From contig NC_134468.1 in NCBI RefSeq assembly GCF_964194025.1, positions 49,414,001-49,478,000 of the forward strand: a DNA stretch of 64,000 bases, given 5' to 3'. How positions within the stretch are numbered: the stretch's first letter is position 1; every line of letters starts with the position of its first letter. This DNA is from Convolutriloba macropyga (taxonomy: Eukaryota). The notes beneath the pieces are model-generated. The model ran no database searches. It saw only the letters and a program-made list of their open reading frames with translations, and was not told where the DNA came from. Position numbers and translations under genes: made by a program. Below are positions 59,801-64,000 of the stretch, piece after piece.

Positions 59801-62800
59801 CCTATGATTGATTTCAGTTGATAGCTAATTGCTTTCAAAACTTTGAATTTAATTGTTTTCGAAAAGTGTAGATTTTGCCCTTTTTGTTTTCTGTCTACTT
59901 ATTAAACATTCTCAATAAAGATAGGTCTCATATCTTTTCTGGTTGAATGCAAGTCATTTGATTTAGATTACGTTTTATCTGAGGCTATTTTGACTGTTTC
60001 GTTAAGTTTTTTTTAAGAAAAAGTTGATAGACATTGAATTTTTTGGTTGTAAGTAATGCTTGTTGTTTTTGTTTCATTTTGTTTTTTTTTTGGTTTGTCT
60101 CTTACTCTCCTTAGTGACTGGTTTCATTGGCCCTCTAATGTGTTAATGTATATTTTGTATAGAAGTTTGAGCTTAAAGCGAATTTTTAAATGGATACACC
60201 ATCTATTTTCGAACATTAAGTGATTTTTTGAAAGTTTTCTTTTCATCATTTTTTGGACAATTAAGTCAAAAATGTTTTTGATTGAGTCAAAAATATGGAT
60301 CTAAATGCATTTTACGAGCCAGTAACAGGAGGGCAAAAGCACAGGCGTAACAACGACTAAAGAATTCTTGAAAGAATAAATCGTTGGAGCAGCGGAAACT
60401 TCGGAGAGCTCTGGAACGAAGCTTGCTCTGTGAAGCAAACAAAACGATCAAATACAAACTTTGAAGAAATTATCAGACGTGTAAAAATTTTGTGCTTCCA
60501 GGGCCAATATGGCACAGCAGCAGAAATTTTGACTTCTGAAGGTTTTGCAACAGTCAACAAGGCAACTCTCGATGCTCTGAAAAAATTGCATCCCACTGAA
60601 GAAAAGCCTAGCATAGTCCAAAATTTTTCGTCACAAGCTTATCAAATCAGTGAGGAAAATGTTATGGAACAGCTGAACTTGTTTTCTAAGTTTACAACCA
60701 CTGGTCCTTTAAATATGTTTGCCGAACATCTTTTGCATGCTGTACAGTGTACCGCTTCATATCAGTCAAAATGCTTTGAGAGTTCTAAGCTGGTAAACGT
60801 AATTTGCCGTGGAGAACTTCCTGAATGTTTCACAGGCTCTCAGTAGTGCATCGCTATCAGCATTGAAAACGAAAGGCGGTATTCGCCCTATTGCAGTCGG
60901 AGAAGTCTTGAGGAGGCTAATCGCTAAATGTTTAGCCAAGGAAGCAAAAAGCAAATTCAGAAGCAAAAGAAATTTTCCATAGCCTGCAATTGGGTGTTGG
61001 AGTGAAGGGTGGCGCGGAAGCCATTAAACATACATTTGACTAAGCTTTCGTAAGAAAAATACCTCGTCAAGTTCCTCGGGTATTTTGCAATTTGATTTTT
61101 GCAATGCCTTCAATTCTATAAAACTCAGTGAAATGTTGAAAGCTGTTGCCAATTCAATGTCTGGCATAGCCGCTTTCACCTATTCCTGTTATTCACAACA
61201 CAGCCGATTATTATTTTACAAATTTGTTGATCACAGTGAATGCGGTATCCAACAAGGCGACCCACTTTACTTTTTTCTCTGACGCTTTGGCCCATTATAG
61301 AGAAAATTCAGGAATTGTCGCCAAACCTTCAACGACATGTAACGACATGAACTGTGGTACACTGTAGATTTAGACAGACTTGATGAAAGAATGAAACGAA
61401 ATGATATTTCGGGCCTGGAGCTGCGTTAGGATCCCCAGAGTTTGTCTGCATGCAAATTTACGAAAGTATGGGGAAAATATTGGTATTTTTGAAAATTTGG
61501 CCTACCTTGATGACCCTCAGTGCTCCTTAGGTATTCTACGTCACTGCATCGGGTCCCAAAAATGGTGTGTCCCATCGGATCCCAAAACGCCCACCAGTTC
61601 TGTTATTAAATCCTTAAAAGATTTTGATGCCCAACAGCGTGAAAAACTTGAGAATATCCTTGGAACTGTTCTTCCAGAACAAACATTGACTCAAGCAACC
61701 CCACCCATAACCCTATCAGGGTTGGGTGTTCGCCTATGCCAAGACCAGTATAAAGCATCATACGTTGGTTCTGTTCTGTCCTCTGAAGAGCTTGTTTCAA
61801 AAATAACTGGTGAAAACCCAAAAAAAACTGCGAAATTTTTGAGGATCTTTATTCCGATATAGCACAATGGACATTTCAGACTTTTCGCAAAAGACGATCC
61901 AACAAGCTCTTGATAACGAAAAGTTCCAAGGTCTCAAAGAGAATCTAGCTTCTGAAATAGAGGCCGCCCGACTTCTCTCATTGTCTGTTCGACATGCTGG
62001 AGCATGGTTGTCTGCTCCCCCCATTCCAGCTCTTGGGCTTCATATGGCACCAAATGAGTTTAGAGTTAGTGCAAAATACAGGTTGGGTGTCCCTGTCTAC
62101 GACGCAGAAAGGAAAATGCCCTTCCGTAAAGCTGGAATTTTTGATATCTATTGTGATCATGCCATTGCGTGTCACGGTGGAGGAGCCGAAATTGCCAGAC
62201 ATGACCGGATTCGGGATAATTTAGTGTATGTTTGCTCTTCTGCGAACCTCTCTCCAGTAGTGGAAAAAACATATTCCAGAAAGCCAATCACGCCCGGGAA
62301 ACTTCTTTGTCCCGGCCTGGAAAGCGGGGAAACCTGCTGGATTTGATGTAACTGTTACTTCGTCGGTGCAATCCAACTCATTAATGCGGCTACAAAGGCA
62401 GTATATGCACTCTATGCGGCAGATGAACAAAAATATTTCCTCCACGACGAGAACTGCGCAAAAATGGTAATTACATTTGTTCCTCTTGCAATCGAAGTCC
62501 TTGGCGGAATATTAGCAACTTTCAAAAAACGAGCGTTTGGTTGTGTTAAGTGACAATCGTTCTTTCGCAGGGGTTGTCTGTAGCTTTCTGTAAACTCATT
62601 CAAGGCTTGTCAGTCACGACTATTCGGGGATCAGCAAGAATGTTATTAGCACGAGCTCCCTAGTTGAGTATTTGATATTTTAAATTCTCGCCCAATCAGA
62701 TGGCAGATTGCTTGATCCACTTTATAATCAAGTGGTCTGTCTCGATTATTTTGGCTCCCGCAATTCAATTACGAGTCGAGAATTAGAAGAAACTAGATTG

Positions 62801-63837
62801 TTCCTTTTGTGATGAGCCGTTGAAATGCCTGCGGCAAACGGGACCCTTATTAATATGGAGTTCTGCCGTTTTTATTCGTACCTGACCAAAGTGGGGAGAA
62901 TAAAAACAAACATTTTAGATGAAAAATACTGTTGAAAAATACTGATGGAATAAGATTCATAATCTGTTGATTTGTTGTATTGATAACCACCGTTATGTTA
63001 ACCAAATCAATTGTCAATTAAATATTATTTTAATTCTCGAAACATGGTTTTAAAAATGAGATTGAACTAGAAAATACTGTTGCAAAACACTCTAAACAGA
63101 AGAAATAGGCAGAAAAATTTGAAAAGCACGCGCCGAAATTTGGTATCAAATTGCTTTATGAAAAACAGGGTAAAATCAGGTTAAAACAGGTTTTGAAAAG
63201 CACGTGCCGAAGTTTGGTATCAAATTGCTTTATGAAAAACAGGTTAAAATCAGGTTAAAACAGGTTTTGAAAAGCACGTGCCGAAGTTTGGTATCAAATT
63301 GCTTTATGAAAAACAGGTTAAAATCAACACCAATTCACTAAAATTTTCTAAATATAATTGAGTAGAACGACTTCGATTGATAAATTTACACTTAAAACAA
63401 CTTGTTTTCACGTGCGGCATTTGACTTCGTTGAATTTTTTGAAGCTATAAATAATGAATAAATTATGGATTTCATTCCCCCATAAAATAAGGTCGACGTG
63501 ACTATGCACTTATATTTTAGGGAACCCTATGAAGGTCAATGCACCTGTCACAATGAGAGTAGATGGAGTGTTCAGAACTGCTCCTTTGTGCGACACCAAC
63601 AATGTAAGACGACTTGAGGATGAGAAACGGAGCAGAATTCTCAATCTGATGAGCAAGAGGAGAGACGTGTTTCCTGTAAACGCCTTGAACCAGTGGTCAA
63701 CAAAGCCAGCCACTTGTGAGCGCTCTTTTCGAACGGATGGAAAACCAGTGCGCTACTGTTCCATCGACTGCTCCAAAGACATCGTACTGGTTGATCAGAT
63801 ACTTGTATTCGGTTATCATGACTTTCCAACTCTTTGA
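56834..63837 (+). CDS. Orphan gene B (paralog of gene A): exons 56834-57236 and 63521-63837; C-terminus truncated by a 38-nt insertion, possibly a pseudogene allele
   Basis: The phase-1 donor AAAG|GTGAGC (57237) and phase-1 acceptor TTTTAG| (63520) join in frame. FPVNALNQW resembles dsRBD helix 1. Homologous to gene A. Confidence 0.7.
60300..62663 (+). mobile_element. CRE-clade non-LTR retrotransposon, 5'-truncated and heavily frameshifted, within the gene B intron
   Basis: GGIRPIAVGEVLRRLIAKC, QFDFCNAFNS, GIQQGDPL, AGAWLSAPPIPALGLH, DHAIACHGGG..RHDRIRD. Collinear with the minus-strand copy but a distinct subfamily. Confidence 0.88.
63118..63326 (+). repeat. Tandem repeat, 74 bp x~2.8
   Basis: GAAAAGCACGYGCCGAARTTTGGTATCAAATTGC... 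at 63121, 63195 and 63269. Confidence 0.93.
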
Positions 63838-64000
63838 GTTTATTATGACTTCCAAATGACTCTTCTCGAGTTGCGGTAAAAGGAATAATGATCAACGACC
63901 TTACGTTAATCAAGTATCTGAGATTGTTTTTTCCGAGATTTTGCATTAGCACTTTGAGGTCCTTCCAGCATGTTGCTATTAGTCTAAGAAAAGATTTGCT

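Noticed and set aside
63118-63326. Regular repeats (also 34491-34640, 55472-55515, 46357-46405) as a CRISPR-like array
   Set aside because: The units are head-to-tail or nearly so with no unique spacers, there are no cas genes, and the context is eukaryotic.

Overview
This is AT-rich eukaryotic DNA, most likely from an invertebrate animal, with no prokaryotic features and no CRISPR array. All intact host genes lie on the + strand. They are a 4-exon TSEN34 (tRNA-splicing endonuclease subunit, with an unexplained +1 frame break in exon 2), an intronless RECQL4 apparently lacking the N-terminal Sld2-like domain, a tRNA-Trp(CCA) with a D-stem mismatch, and an intronless UPF0489/C5orf22 gene. A tandem cluster of orphan genes, hidden in the ORF track by 6-8 kb introns, follows: gene A (39196-39907 + 48023-48408) and gene B (56834-57236 + 63521-63837). 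A and B are clearly paralogous, share a phase-1 intron at the same position, and end in a divergent dsRBD-like domain. Between them is intronless gene C (~53023-54192) with three dsRBD-like units, plus a possible relic copy. Mobile DNA includes a LINE RT at the left edge and two defective CRE-clade (RT + RLE) non-LTR retrotransposons; one of these has an N-terminal Tudor-knot/chromo-barrel-like domain and a degenerate downstream ORF overlapping its stop (ATGA). There are also DINE-1/Helentron-like non-autonomous elements with variable cargo, LTR-like remnants, a modular foldback-like family, a ~760-bp palindrome and several tandem duplications. All alignments and domain calls were made by eye and need computational confirmation.
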